A stretch of DNA of 64,000 bases from Candidatus Latescibacterota bacterium (GTDB taxonomy: Bacteria > Latescibacterota > UBA2968 > GCA-2709665), in assembly GCA_965248435.1 (NCBI GenBank), contig OZ252100.1:3968001-4032000 (forward strand). The letters are read 5' to 3'. The notes below the pieces were generated by a model. That model saw only the letters and a list, made by a program, of their open reading frames with translations, made no database searches and was not told the origin of the DNA. The translations under genes and the position numbers were made by a program. The number at the start of each line of letters is the position of its first letter. Position 1 is the stretch's first letter. Positions 48,385-57,710 of the stretch are shown here, one piece after another.

Positions 48385-49110
48385 CTACTTGCTGAAGCTG
48401 ATGCTCAGTCCTCCCCACGCCTCCGAGTTCTCAGGATTTACGTCCTTGTCTGCGTAGCTGTATCCCAAAACAGGACTGATGGTGAAGGCCCCTGCGGTGA
48501 TCCCGAGACTCGCAGAGACGGTGACATCATTAAACGCCATAGATCCTGTTCCATCGCTCATGCCGACACTCGCACCGATTCCTAGACTCGTGTTTCCTTC
48601 TGGGCCTAAAGCGAACTCGGGTCCGATACCGAACGTGACATACCAGGCGTCGGCCAGGCCAAAGTCGTAGTAGGCTGTCAGGCTGGGCGCGGCGGCGTTG
48701 TCCAGACTGAGCCCGGCGTAGAACTCCTCGGAATGCGTGCCGCTGTCTAAACTGGGAAAAGTATATTGAATATAGCCGAGGGAGAGCCCCACGCCACTCT
48801 CCTCACTGAGGGTTCTGTCATAGCTGAGAGTAAAGTCAAGCTCGTCGAAGTCTTTCAGATTGTCGGGTTCACTTCTGTCTACTACGGACGCCGAGCCCCA
48901 TATGTTCAGACTCATGCCGGTTTCCCCGAACCCGAGCGTCAGGCTGGGCTGCATCGCGACTTTGTTCCCGAGGTTGAAACCGCGCCAGATATACTGGGAG
49001 TAAGTGTCGATTGAGCCATCAACAGAGATGTTCATCTCCTCTTGTGCCCTTGCAGTGCTCGAGGTGAAAAGGACAGCAGCTGCCAATAGAACTCCGAAGA
49101 TCCTCAACAT
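48385..49110 (-). CDS. TorF/TIGR02001-like putative outer-membrane beta-barrel, copy 1
   Basis: Tandem paralog of 47497-48219, directly downstream of amtB. Confidence 0.75.
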   Translation of the reverse strand: MLRIFGVLLAAAVLFTSSTARAQEEMNISVDGSIDTYSQYIWRGFNLGNKVAMQPSLTLGFGETGMSLNIWGSASVVDRSEPDNLKDFDELDFTLSYDRTLSEESGVGLSLGYIQYTFPSLDSGTHSEEFYAGLSLDNAAAPSLTAYYDFGLADAWYVTFGIGPEFALGPEGNTSLGIGASVGMSDGTGSMAFNDVTVSASLGITAGAFTISPVLGYSYADKDVNPENSEAWGGLSISFSK

Positions 49111-49185
49111 GCTTCCTCCTTTATGGTGTAGTGTCTACGGTCAGGACCCGAGGAAACCCTCGGGCCTTCCTGACCCCCTTCGATT

Positions 49186-50586
49186 CTAGCTCTGACCTTG
49201 CTTACTCAATTTCTCTATTTCTTCGTAGGGCACGGCCACCACGTGACCCGACAGCCCGCTTCCAGGCGAGGATGACGTCATGACGAAATTGGCATAGGCC
49301 GTGACGCCGTGTTCGAAGATGTCGAGACCCGCTTCTTCCTCTTCTTCGCTGACTCTCAATCCCACCGTATGCTTGATCGCCGTGAAGAGAATCAGGGACG
49401 CGGCGAAGGTAAAGCCGAAGACCGCCGCGATTCCAGAGAGCTGGGTTAGATAGCTCCCAGCCTCTCCGGGTCGGCAGAAGAAGGGGATGGCGCAAGCAAA
49501 CGTGCCCCAAGCCCCGGCGACGCCGTGCACGGAAATCGCACCCACGGGATCGTCCACTCGGATCTTATCGAAGAAGATAACGGAGAAGACCACCAGTAGA
49601 CCGGCGACGGCCCCCGTGAGAATGGCGCCTAAAGGGGTCATTGTGTAGCAGCCGGCGGTGATGCCGACCAACCCTGCGAGCGCGCCGTTCAAGGTCATAG
49701 CGATATCGGGCTTGCCGAACTTCGCCCAGCTGGTGAACATCGCCACCAGGGCCCCTGCAGCCGCAGCAAGGTTCGTCACGACGGCGATGCGGGCGAAGGA
49801 ACCACCGTCCATGGAAGTCGTGGAACCCGCGTTAAATCCGAACCAGCCCAACCAGAGGATGAAGACCCCGAGGGCGGCCAACGGCATGCTGTGTCCGACC
49901 AGGGCGTTCATCGAGCCGTCGGCATTGTACTTGTTCCTTCTGGGCCCCAGGACCAGGGCGCCTGCCAGGGCTGCCCAGCCGCCGACGCTGTGAACGACCG
50001 TGGAACCTGCAAAATCGACGAAGCCTTTTCCTTCCAGCCATCCACCGCCGTGCCAGAGCCCGCCCCAGGCCCACGAGCCCGTGATCGGATAGATGACAGC
50101 GGTGATCACCACGCTGTAGATGAGGTAGGAAGAAAACTTCGTTCGTTCGGCCATCGCGCCCGACACGATCGTGGCTGCCGTGGCGGCGAAGACCGTCTGG
50201 AAGATGATGAACGAATACATCCAGTTTGGATCCTCCCCGAAGGCGTCCACGTCCGGGTTCGGAAACCACTCAAAGACGACCCCACTGAACATGATGGCGA
50301 ACCCGATCGCCCAGAATGCGATGGCGCCGATAGAGAAGTCGCAGATGTTCTTCATCAGGATGTTGACGGCGTTCTTGGCCCGAGTGAAGCCTGATTCTAC
50401 AAGAGCAAAACCTGCCTGCATAAAGAAGACGAGAAAGGCCGCTACGCAGGTCCAGAACCAGTCGACCTGACTCGAGAGGTCGGAAAGCTGTTTCGGCAGT
50501 GGAATGTCTTCTTGGGCCGCTGCAGATGTGGGGAGCAATAGGATTCCCAAAAGATAGGGAACCATCCGCTTCCAACGATCGGGCAT
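49186..50586 (-). CDS. amtB: Ammonium transporter
   Basis: FFMQAGFA, VDFAGSTVVH, WFGFNAGS, NGALAGLVGIT, DDPVGAISVHG. Start placed at ATG 50586 with a GGAGG RBS. Confidence 0.93.
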   Translation of the reverse strand: MPDRWKRMVPYLLGILLLPTSAAAQEDIPLPKQLSDLSSQVDWFWTCVAAFLVFFMQAGFALVESGFTRAKNAVNILMKNICDFSIGAIAFWAIGFAIMFSGVVFEWFPNPDVDAFGEDPNWMYSFIIFQTVFAATAATIVSGAMAERTKFSSYLIYSVVITAVIYPITGSWAWGGLWHGGGWLEGKGFVDFAGSTVVHSVGGWAALAGALVLGPRRNKYNADGSMNALVGHSMPLAALGVFILWLGWFGFNAGSTTSMDGGSFARIAVVTNLAAAAGALVAMFTSWAKFGKPDIAMTLNGALAGLVGITAGCYTMTPLGAILTGAVAGLLVVFSVIFFDKIRVDDPVGAISVHGVAGAWGTFACAIPFFCRPGEAGSYLTQLSGIAAVFGFTFAASLILFTAIKHTVGLRVSEEEEEAGLDIFEHGVTAYANFVMTSSSPGSGLSGHVVAVPYEEIEKLSKQGQS

Positions 50587-50911
50587 GTCTTTCCTCCGTA
50601 AGAAGGGGTTGAAGTAAAGGGAGGAGTCTACTCTTGACAGATAAAAAGATAGGATAAACATATTTCACCTAGATTTCGCCCAAGTGAAATGATGATGAAG
50701 AGTTTGTTAAAATTGTGTGAACTGAGTAGGGGTTTCGTATGTGCAAAAAGGAAGGGTGGGGAGGAGTAACGGCCCTAGGTAGCAGGTATTTAACGCAATG
50801 GAAGGATTCGGTGCCCGGGCTGGGCAGATTGTCGGAGGGGTCTCATGTTTCGAAAAGATGAACGGATTGTAAAGTTGAGGTGGAGGCGATACACTTTCTG
50901 TTCTGAAACGG

Positions 50912-50945
50912 AAAAGGGGAGTCGGCCATTCTCCGACTCCCCTTT
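50912..50945 (-). terminator. Rho-independent terminator of the ECF operon
   Basis: AAAGGGGAGTCGG...CCGACTCCCCTTT stem. Confidence 0.75.
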
Positions 50946-50966
50946 GAAGCATGATCGAGCGCTTTG

Positions 50967-52118
50967 TTATTGCTTCTGAAGCTGAAGGCGCAGCGCCGAC
51001 ATCTCCTTTTCCAGCTTCTGCATTCTGTTGAAAAGGACCTCCCTGTTCTGATCGATCGAGAGGGCCTCAGGTGGTTCGCTTTGGAGAACGGCCACGTTTG
51101 CCAGGCGGCCCACCTCAACCCGAGGCGTGATCGGCTTCGTCCCTCGTCGGACCCTCATTCGAACCGATGTGCCAGGTTGAGTTGAAAGCACAAGGCTCTT
51201 CAGGTGCTCGCCACTCCTGATGTTGGTGCTTTGATAGGAAACGATCAGGTCGCCCGGCTGAAGGCCGGTTTCCTGTGCAGGTCCGTCGGATTCAACGTTC
51301 GTCACAGAGAATCCCTTCCCTGGTTCGAACTCTCCTTCGATCCCCAGCCAACCGTAACCCGTCTCGTGCTCCGCGATCAGCCTCCGCGCCGTGTGAATCG
51401 CCCGATTGATCGGAATGACAAACACCGATCTGGGAAAGTCCTGCACAAAGGGGACTTTCTTCTCATCACTTCCGGCCGTTTGAGGCGAACCCCAGGCGTC
51501 CGTCGCACTCCAGACGACGCCAATGACGTCCCCCGTGCTGCAAAAAACGGGTGCGCCGCCATACCCCGGGTGCACCCGCGAGACGATCTGGAACAAGCTT
51601 CCGTCGGGATTTATGTTGTGGGTCGATCCAAATGAAGGGGTGAGGTTTCCAAAGGTGTTTCCGAGGATAAATGTATAATGGCCGACTTTTACCCGGTCAG
51701 AATTCCCGGGCGTAATCGGATGGAGGTTGTTTCTCTCAACCCGAATGACGGCCACCTCAGAAGCCGGATCAGAAGCAATGAAACGGGCAAGGAGTTGCTC
51801 TCCTGTAGCCAGGGTCACGCGAATTTCTTCCGCCATCCGCACGGCTTTGTCTACGGTGAGGATATGTCCATCTGAGTCTATGAAGAAGCCTGTTCCGTGT
51901 ACAAATCCCTTTCCGTACTGCAGTCCCTGATCACTACCAGGATTTTTGTAAAGTGAATGAATGCGGACGACACCATCCCGGTTCTCCTCGAGGATGGAAG
52001 CAATTTCGTTCTCGATCATGTTCAGGATGGATTCGTCTCCTGTCCATCCCGGTCCAACCCAGGCGAGGAGGCAGACCAAGGTCAAGCTGAGGGAGCGCTT
52101 GATTCCATTACCGTTCAT
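50967..52118 (-). CDS. HtrA/DegP-like trypsin + PDZ protein, catalytic triad apparently degenerate
   Basis: Signal peptide; GTGFFIDSDGHILT, GNSDRVKVG, GWLGI PDZ entry. TVDKAV and PGYGGAP replace TNxHV and PGNSGGP. Confidence 0.8.
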   Translation of the reverse strand: MNGNGIKRSLSLTLVCLLAWVGPGWTGDESILNMIENEIASILEENRDGVVRIHSLYKNPGSDQGLQYGKGFVHGTGFFIDSDGHILTVDKAVRMAEEIRVTLATGEQLLARFIASDPASEVAVIRVERNNLHPITPGNSDRVKVGHYTFILGNTFGNLTPSFGSTHNINPDGSLFQIVSRVHPGYGGAPVFCSTGDVIGVVWSATDAWGSPQTAGSDEKKVPFVQDFPRSVFVIPINRAIHTARRLIAEHETGYGWLGIEGEFEPGKGFSVTNVESDGPAQETGLQPGDLIVSYQSTNIRSGEHLKSLVLSTQPGTSVRMRVRRGTKPITPRVEVGRLANVAVLQSEPPEALSIDQNREVLFNRMQKLEKEMSALRLQLQKQ

Positions 52119-52146
52119 CGTTCGTTACGTCCTCTCTCTCCCAAGA

Positions 52147-52710
52147 TCAGAATCGGACCATCACCCGGCGAACAGGGGGGGCCTGCCTGGCGGGACGAAC
52201 AGGTTGTTTTGCAGCGGGCTGCAAACTGTCTCCCTGACCAAGATAGAACTTGCTGGAAATTGTGTAGGATTCCTCGTGGGAAAGCGTTTTCAGAGCACCC
52301 TGATCGGTTGCAGCAGGGTTGGATTGGGCAATTTCCGGCGCCTGCTTTCCAACCCACTCGGACTGCTGCCTCCACCCCAGGGTGATGCCCAGCGCAAGGA
52401 GGACGATCGCGGCGGCGGACATGAAGGCCCTGGGTAGGGTGGGAAACAGAAGAAGCTGAACCTTCCTGCCCAGATGCTCTTCTTTTGTCATTTCGAGGAG
52501 CAGGCGGCTCCGAAGGGCAAAGTCGAATCCAGCGGTTGGCTGCATTTGGGGCAGTTGGGAAAGCTGCTGCGTGAGGTCCTGAAGATCCTTCAGGACCTTC
52601 GCACACGACGGACAGTCTGAGGCATGTCGTTTCACCAGACTGTGCGCTTGCTCCCCAAGTTCGCCGTCGATGTAATCAGAAACCCTTTTGGAAAAATCGT
52701 TGCAATTCAT
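52147..52710 (-). CDS. Anti-sigma factor (zf-HC2 zinc finger plus TM helix)
   Basis: MNC...YIDGEL...HASDCPSC and one TM segment; follows an ECF sigma. Confidence 0.85.
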   Translation of the reverse strand: MNCNDFSKRVSDYIDGELGEQAHSLVKRHASDCPSCAKVLKDLQDLTQQLSQLPQMQPTAGFDFALRSRLLLEMTKEEHLGRKVQLLLFPTLPRAFMSAAAIVLLALGITLGWRQQSEWVGKQAPEIAQSNPAATDQGALKTLSHEESYTISSKFYLGQGDSLQPAAKQPVRPARQAPPVRRVMVRF

Positions 52711-52761
52711 CGATTTGTTTCTCCTATTCCTGAAAGCTGCTGAATGAGTCTCCCGATTTCG

Positions 52762-53373
52762 TCAGATCTCAAGGCCCACATCACGGCCTTCGTTTCTGAG
52801 TTTCTGCTGCAGTTTCAGCCGTGCCCGGCTTACTCTTGATTTCACGGTGCCGACTGGACAATTCACGACCTCCGAGATTTCCTGATAAGAGAGTCCTTCA
52901 ACGTCGCGCAACAGAACGACCTGGCGATAGTTGTCGGACAGCGAGCCGATGGCTCGTTGAATCTGCACATCTGTGATGGACGACTCTGTCATCTTGTCTG
53001 GCCGGAAAGTCTCATCGGGCAGATCCAATCCTGTGTCGGATTCCTCGTCGCGGTCGAGTGAGAACAGACGCCAGCGTTTGCGCCGACGCAGCTCGCTCTT
53101 GGCCAGATTGCCCGCGATGGTGAAGAGCCATGTCGAAAAGTTCGCGATGGCCTTATAATCTTCACGCTTTCGGAAGGCCCGAAGAAAGGTCTCCTGAACG
53201 ATGTCCTCCGCCGTCTCAGGCTCTCCGACGAATCGAAAAACAAAGTTGTAGAGTCGCCCCCTGTATCGATGGACCAGTTTCCCGTAAGCTTCGATGTCCC
53301 CGCCAGCAACATCGGACAGGATTTCACTGTCCGACACCCCGCCTGCTGTAGAGGTAGAATCGACCATAACCAT
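52762..53373 (-). CDS. ECF sigma factor (RpoE-like)
   Basis: AEDIVQETFLRA, FSTWLFTIA, GLSYQEIS...GTVKSRVSRAR. Confidence 0.92.
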   Translation of the reverse strand: MVMVDSTSTAGGVSDSEILSDVAGGDIEAYGKLVHRYRGRLYNFVFRFVGEPETAEDIVQETFLRAFRKREDYKAIANFSTWLFTIAGNLAKSELRRRKRWRLFSLDRDEESDTGLDLPDETFRPDKMTESSITDVQIQRAIGSLSDNYRQVVLLRDVEGLSYQEISEVVNCPVGTVKSRVSRARLKLQQKLRNEGRDVGLEI

Positions 53374-53549
53374 TCGAGCTCCTCCCCATCATCTTCCGTC
53401 CGGAGCGCTTGGCCGGACGCGTGGAACCATAATTCTAGATGCTGCTCGCTGGCCGACTGCGGTTACTGCTACAATATGTTGTGCTTCTAGTTCTCTCCGA
53501 AGCCGTATGTAGACCGGCTCGCGGATCTAGCACGTTGGGTGTCATCACT

Positions 53550-53577
53550 TTAGACCCTCTACTGCTTCCAGGGTTCC
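53550..53577 (-). promoter_or_regulatory. ECF (sigmaE-type) autoregulatory promoter
   Basis: Minus strand GGAACC-N16-GTCTAA upstream of the ECF sigma gene. Confidence 0.65.
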
Positions 53578-53655
53578 CAAAAATAGCGTAAATCCCCCAC
53601 TAATTATAACAAAAAGCGGGTCCCCTGGAACCAAAATCCGGCCAACTTTCTCTGC

Positions 53656-53684
53656 TTGACAGGTTTTTACGCTTGTGTTAATCT
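53656..53684 (+). promoter_or_regulatory. Sigma-70 promoter of acs
   Basis: TTGACA-N17-TAATCT with TG extension. Confidence 0.65.
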
Positions 53685-53830
53685 GTATGCTGAAAGTGAT
53701 CGATATATTAATGAATCTTCAAGTATTTCGCGACAATCAGTAGATGTATTTGGTGCTATGACTTCGGGCGTGCCCCCGCTGTCACCCACCGGTCCAGCGG
53801 GCACTGAACGAGAGGAAAGAAGGTGACATC

Positions 53831-55861
53831 ATGAGCGAAAAAGAGGCTCTGGAAGTAAGCGAAGCGGAAATCGCCGTTCACTGGCGGGAAGAGGACTATT
53901 ATCCGCCATCCCCGAAATTCATCGCCCAGGCGAACATGACCGATGCCGACATCTATCAGCGCCTCGGGCTGGACAATTTTCCAGATTGCTTCAAAGAGTA
54001 CGCCGATCTCCTAACCTGGTACAAGTACTGGGACACGACGCTGGACACAAGCGACGCTCCCTGCTGGAAGTGGTTCGTCGGCGGAAAGATAAATGCCTGC
54101 TACAACTGTGTCGATCGCCACCTCGAGCAGTTCAAGAACAAGGCGGCCATCATATATGTGCCCGAGCCAGAGGATGAAGACCACATCGTAATCACCTATC
54201 AGGAGCTTTATGTAAGGGTAAACGAACTGGCAGCGCTTCTCCAGGGGTTCGCCGGACTCAAGGCCGGAGATCGTGTCACCCTTCATATGCCGATGGTTCC
54301 GGAACTTCCGATTACGATGCTGGCCTGTGCAAGGCTGGGCGTCGTCCACTCTGAGGTGTATGGTGGTTTCAGCGGCCGAGCGTGCGGGGACAGGATATGG
54401 GACTCCGGGAGTAACGTTTTGATCACCAGCGATAGTTATTACCGGTCCGGCACCCTGCTCGATCACAAGGTCAAAGCAGACGAGGCGGTGGAAGTGGCCG
54501 AACAGGCAGGCCAGAAAGTCGACAAGGTTCTGGTTTGGAGGCGCTACCGTGGGAAGTTTGGTTCGGAAACACCCATGGTCGAAGGCCGAGATTATTTCGT
54601 AGATGAAGTGCTCAAGGATTTCAAGGGTAGCCGGGTGGCGCCTGTTCAACTGCCTGCGGAGGACCCGCTCTTTATTATGTATACGAGCGGGACGACCGGG
54701 AGGCCCAAGGGCTGTCAGCACGGCACAGGCGGTTACATGTCTTACGTTGCGGGCACATCAAAGTTTGTGCAGGACATTCACCCCGAAGATGTCTACTGGT
54801 GCATGGCTGATATCGGATGGATCACTGGACACTCCTACATTGTCTACGGCCCACTGTCCCTGGCCGCGACGAGCGTGATCTACGAAGGTGTGCCGACTTT
54901 TCCAGACGCGGGTCGCCCGTGGCGGATCGCTCAGCAGCTCGACGTGAATATTTTCCACACGGCCCCCACCGCCGTTCGCATGCTGAGGAAGGCCGGACCG
55001 GATGAGCCGGAAAAGTACGACTATCACTTCAAACACATGACGACCGTGGGAGAACCGATAGAGCCGGAAGTGTGGAAATGGTACTACCACGCAGTAGGCA
55101 AGGGCGAGGCCGCGATTGTGGACACGTGGTGGCAGACCGAGACGGGCGGGTTTCTCTGCAGCACGATGCCGGCACTTCATCCGATGAAGCCAGGGAGCGC
55201 CGGCCCGAGCATGCCGGGTATTCACCCGATCATCTATGATGAGGAAGGGAACGAAATTGAAGGAGGATCCGGGAAGGCGGGCAACATATGCATCACGAAC
55301 CCGTGGCCTGGAGGGTTTCAAACCATATGGGGAGATCGGGATCGATACGTTTCACAGTACTATGAAAAGTACTGTAAGGACAAGGACAGCAAGGACTGGC
55401 GCGACTGGCCCTACTTTACGGGTGACGCTGCCGTGCAGGCAGAGGATGGCTATTACCGGATCCTGGGAAGGGTCGACGACGTCATCAACGTTGCAGGACA
55501 TCGGTTGGGCACCAAGGAGCTCGAGTCGGCGTGCCTGATCGTTGAAGAGATTGCAGAGGCATCCGTTGTCCCTCTTTCGGATGAGATCAAGGGTAAGGTG
55601 CCAGATATTTATGTCTCTCTCAAATCAGGCTATGACGCGACCCAGGTACCGGACAAGGTTATCAAGGCTATCGAGTCGGAAATCGGCAAGATCGCCAGGC
55701 CGAAGCACGTCTACGTCGTACCTGACATGCCGAAGACGCGTTCAGGGAAGATCATGCGCCGCGTTCTCGCAGCCATATCGAACGGGTCTGACGTTGGTGA
55801 TGTAACGACCCTGGCGAACCCGGATGTCGTAGACGAGATTCAAAAGATGGTTCAGGGCTAA
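53831..55861 (+). CDS. acs: Acetyl-CoA synthetase
   Basis: YTSGTTGRPKG, ADIGWITGHSY, DTWWQTETGG, GRVDDVINVAGHR, PKTRSGKIMRR. Confidence 0.95.
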   Translation: MSEKEALEVSEAEIAVHWREEDYYPPSPKFIAQANMTDADIYQRLGLDNFPDCFKEYADLLTWYKYWDTTLDTSDAPCWKWFVGGKINACYNCVDRHLEQFKNKAAIIYVPEPEDEDHIVITYQELYVRVNELAALLQGFAGLKAGDRVTLHMPMVPELPITMLACARLGVVHSEVYGGFSGRACGDRIWDSGSNVLITSDSYYRSGTLLDHKVKADEAVEVAEQAGQKVDKVLVWRRYRGKFGSETPMVEGRDYFVDEVLKDFKGSRVAPVQLPAEDPLFIMYTSGTTGRPKGCQHGTGGYMSYVAGTSKFVQDIHPEDVYWCMADIGWITGHSYIVYGPLSLAATSVIYEGVPTFPDAGRPWRIAQQLDVNIFHTAPTAVRMLRKAGPDEPEKYDYHFKHMTTVGEPIEPEVWKWYYHAVGKGEAAIVDTWWQTETGGFLCSTMPALHPMKPGSAGPSMPGIHPIIYDEEGNEIEGGSGKAGNICITNPWPGGFQTIWGDRDRYVSQYYEKYCKDKDSKDWRDWPYFTGDAAVQAEDGYYRILGRVDDVINVAGHRLGTKELESACLIVEEIAEASVVPLSDEIKGKVPDIYVSLKSGYDATQVPDKVIKAIESEIGKIARPKHVYVVPDMPKTRSGKIMRRVLAAISNGSDVGDVTTLANPDVVDEIQKMVQG

Positions 55862-55949
55862 GCCTCTTTATCGAAGAACCCGATTCAGGGTGCGGAGGGA
55901 GCCGCTGTCAGGCTCCCTCATTTATTTTGTGAGATGTTATCCTGGGGAT

Positions 55950-55975
55950 GAGACGCCCCACCGGGGCGTCTCTAC
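55950..55975 (-). repeat. GTAG-type REP
   Basis: GAGACGCCCCACCGGGGCGTCTCTAC. Confidence 0.75.
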
Positions 55976-55986
55976 AGGGATTCGAG

Positions 55987-56670
55987 ATGTCTGACGTAGA
56001 AAAAGCGTTGTTAGTCTTTTCGGGCGGGATGGATTCCGCGACCCTCTTGTGGTGGATGGGCGCTGAAGGCATTCCAGAGATTCATACCGTATCCATCGAT
56101 TATGGTCAGCGGCATTCTGTGGAGCTTGGTTGCGCCGCTACGCTCTCCAAACTGTCGGGCGTTCGCTCACACCGGTGCCTGAAACTGGACCTGGGACAGA
56201 TCGGGGGAAACCCCCTGACGGATCTGAAGGTGGAGATGCCCACCGCTGCAGAAGGGGAGCAAATTCGCACGGTCGTTCCCTATAGAAACATGCTTTTCGT
56301 AACGATGACAGCCGCCCTGGCTGAGACCGAGGAGATTGAGGATATCTTCATCTCTCCTGTGCGGGACGACCATCGCGCCTATCGGGACTGCCGCCGCGAA
56401 TTCTATGATGCGCTCGAGAAGGCGCTTCTACTTGGATCTACCCGCGAAGGGGACCTTACCATTCATACGCCTTTTGTGGACAAGTGGAAAAGAGAGGTTG
56501 TTCAGATCGGACTGGAGTTGGGCGTGCCGTATGAGCAAACGCACACCTGTTATGAAGGATCCCGACCCGCCTGTGGGGTGTGCGATGCGTGCGCGGAACG
56601 AATCGAGGCATTTCAGGCGAACCGAGCTCGGGATCCACTGAGCTACGTTCGGGAAGTTGACTGGGTGTGA
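55987..56670 (+). CDS. queC: 7-cyano-7-deazaguanine synthase
   Basis: FSGGMDS, DYGQRH, VPYRN, YRDCR, TCY...CGVCDAC. Confidence 0.9.
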   Translation: MSDVEKALLVFSGGMDSATLLWWMGAEGIPEIHTVSIDYGQRHSVELGCAATLSKLSGVRSHRCLKLDLGQIGGNPLTDLKVEMPTAAEGEQIRTVVPYRNMLFVTMTAALAETEEIEDIFISPVRDDHRAYRDCRREFYDALEKALLLGSTREGDLTIHTPFVDKWKREVVQIGLELGVPYEQTHTCYEGSRPACGVCDACAERIEAFQANRARDPLSYVREVDWV

Positions 56671-56730
56671 TTCGTATCGGGTGGGGGAGACAGCCCCACC
56701 GGGAAGGGTTATGGGTCGGACGAAGACGCA

Positions 56731-56762
56731 AAGAGGCCCCTGGTCGAAACCGGGGGCCTCTT
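56731..56762. terminator. Hairpin terminator between convergent genes
   Basis: AAGAGGCCCC...GGGGCCTCTT. Confidence 0.65.
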
Positions 56763-56785
56763 GTCTTGCTTATTAGTGATTGATG

Positions 56786-56812
56786 GAGACGCCCCGCCGG
56801 GGTCGTCTATAC
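56786..56812 (-). repeat. GTAG-type REP (degenerate)
   Basis: GAGACGCCCCGCCGGGGTCGTCTATAC. Confidence 0.6.
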
Positions 56813-56834
56813 AGTGATGGGTCGGGGTGAGAAT

Positions 56835-57512
56835 CTATGGGTTTTTCAGGGAAGCAACGGCGTCGATCAGACGTCGGTCGGCCTTGTGTCTCAGATCAAG
56901 CATCTGCTCAACGCCTTTAAGATCCCCATTTTCCGCACGGATTCGATAGACATCGATCCGATCGGCGAGGGCGTTCATGACCGCATCCAGGACGATGACG
57001 TCGGTTACGTCATCCTGCACCATGCATTCCTCGGCAAGCACCTTTCTGATGTCTTTCAGGCGCTCCCGAAGCTCCTCTGCATCGATTTCGGGTGGCGGGA
57101 TGGTCGAACGCAAAGGGACTGCGAGGGAGGCCAGGAAACCTTCCGAGAGGATTTTGCGTGCCGTATCTTCATTCCAGGGTTTCGAGAGGACTTTCGAAAT
57201 ACTGTCTTCCTGACGCGCTGGTTGAGAGGATCGGCGGGGTGCGCGCCGGCCGTAACGAGAACCGCTCCCAGTTGAGGACTGCGATTTGGGAGCTGCCTCT
57301 GGTTGCGTCGCGCCTTCTGAAACGGGTTCATCTGCTTTGGGAGGCTTGGGAGGAGTATGGGACGTCCGCCTCCTCTTCGCTGGGGGTCGGGAGACGACCT
57401 TTCGCTCAAGCGTCTGTTTCCTAGTCGTTGTCTTCGCCGGCTTCCTCTCTGTGGCGGCTCGCCTCGAACTCATTGTGGCTTTGGGAGTTGTATCGGTTGC
57501 GGCTTTGGCCAT
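56835..57512 (-). CDS. Hypothetical protein with basic low-complexity N-terminus and helical C-terminal domain
   Basis: ORF co-oriented with groEL; K/R/T/P-rich first half. Start placed at MAKAAT. Confidence 0.6.
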   Translation of the reverse strand: MAKAATDTTPKATMSSRRAATERKPAKTTTRKQTLERKVVSRPPAKRRRTSHTPPKPPKADEPVSEGATQPEAAPKSQSSTGSGSRYGRRAPRRSSQPARQEDSISKVLSKPWNEDTARKILSEGFLASLAVPLRSTIPPPEIDAEELRERLKDIRKVLAEECMVQDDVTDVIVLDAVMNALADRIDVYRIRAENGDLKGVEQMLDLRHKADRRLIDAVASLKNP

Positions 57513-57710
57513 TTGATCACCCTGGGGTTGAAATCGCTGCTTGCTCCCTCCGTGCCGCGTCGCGTTGTGCGGACGTGCACTTGAAACCAAATATAGAACA
57601 ATCGGTGTTAGAATTCAAGGAAACGATTTTGTTCATTGTCTGTGTGCATCAAAGAATAAGGGGCCACCCCGAAGGGCAGCCCCCATTTTTTTGCGTCATT
57701 CAGAGTGAGA

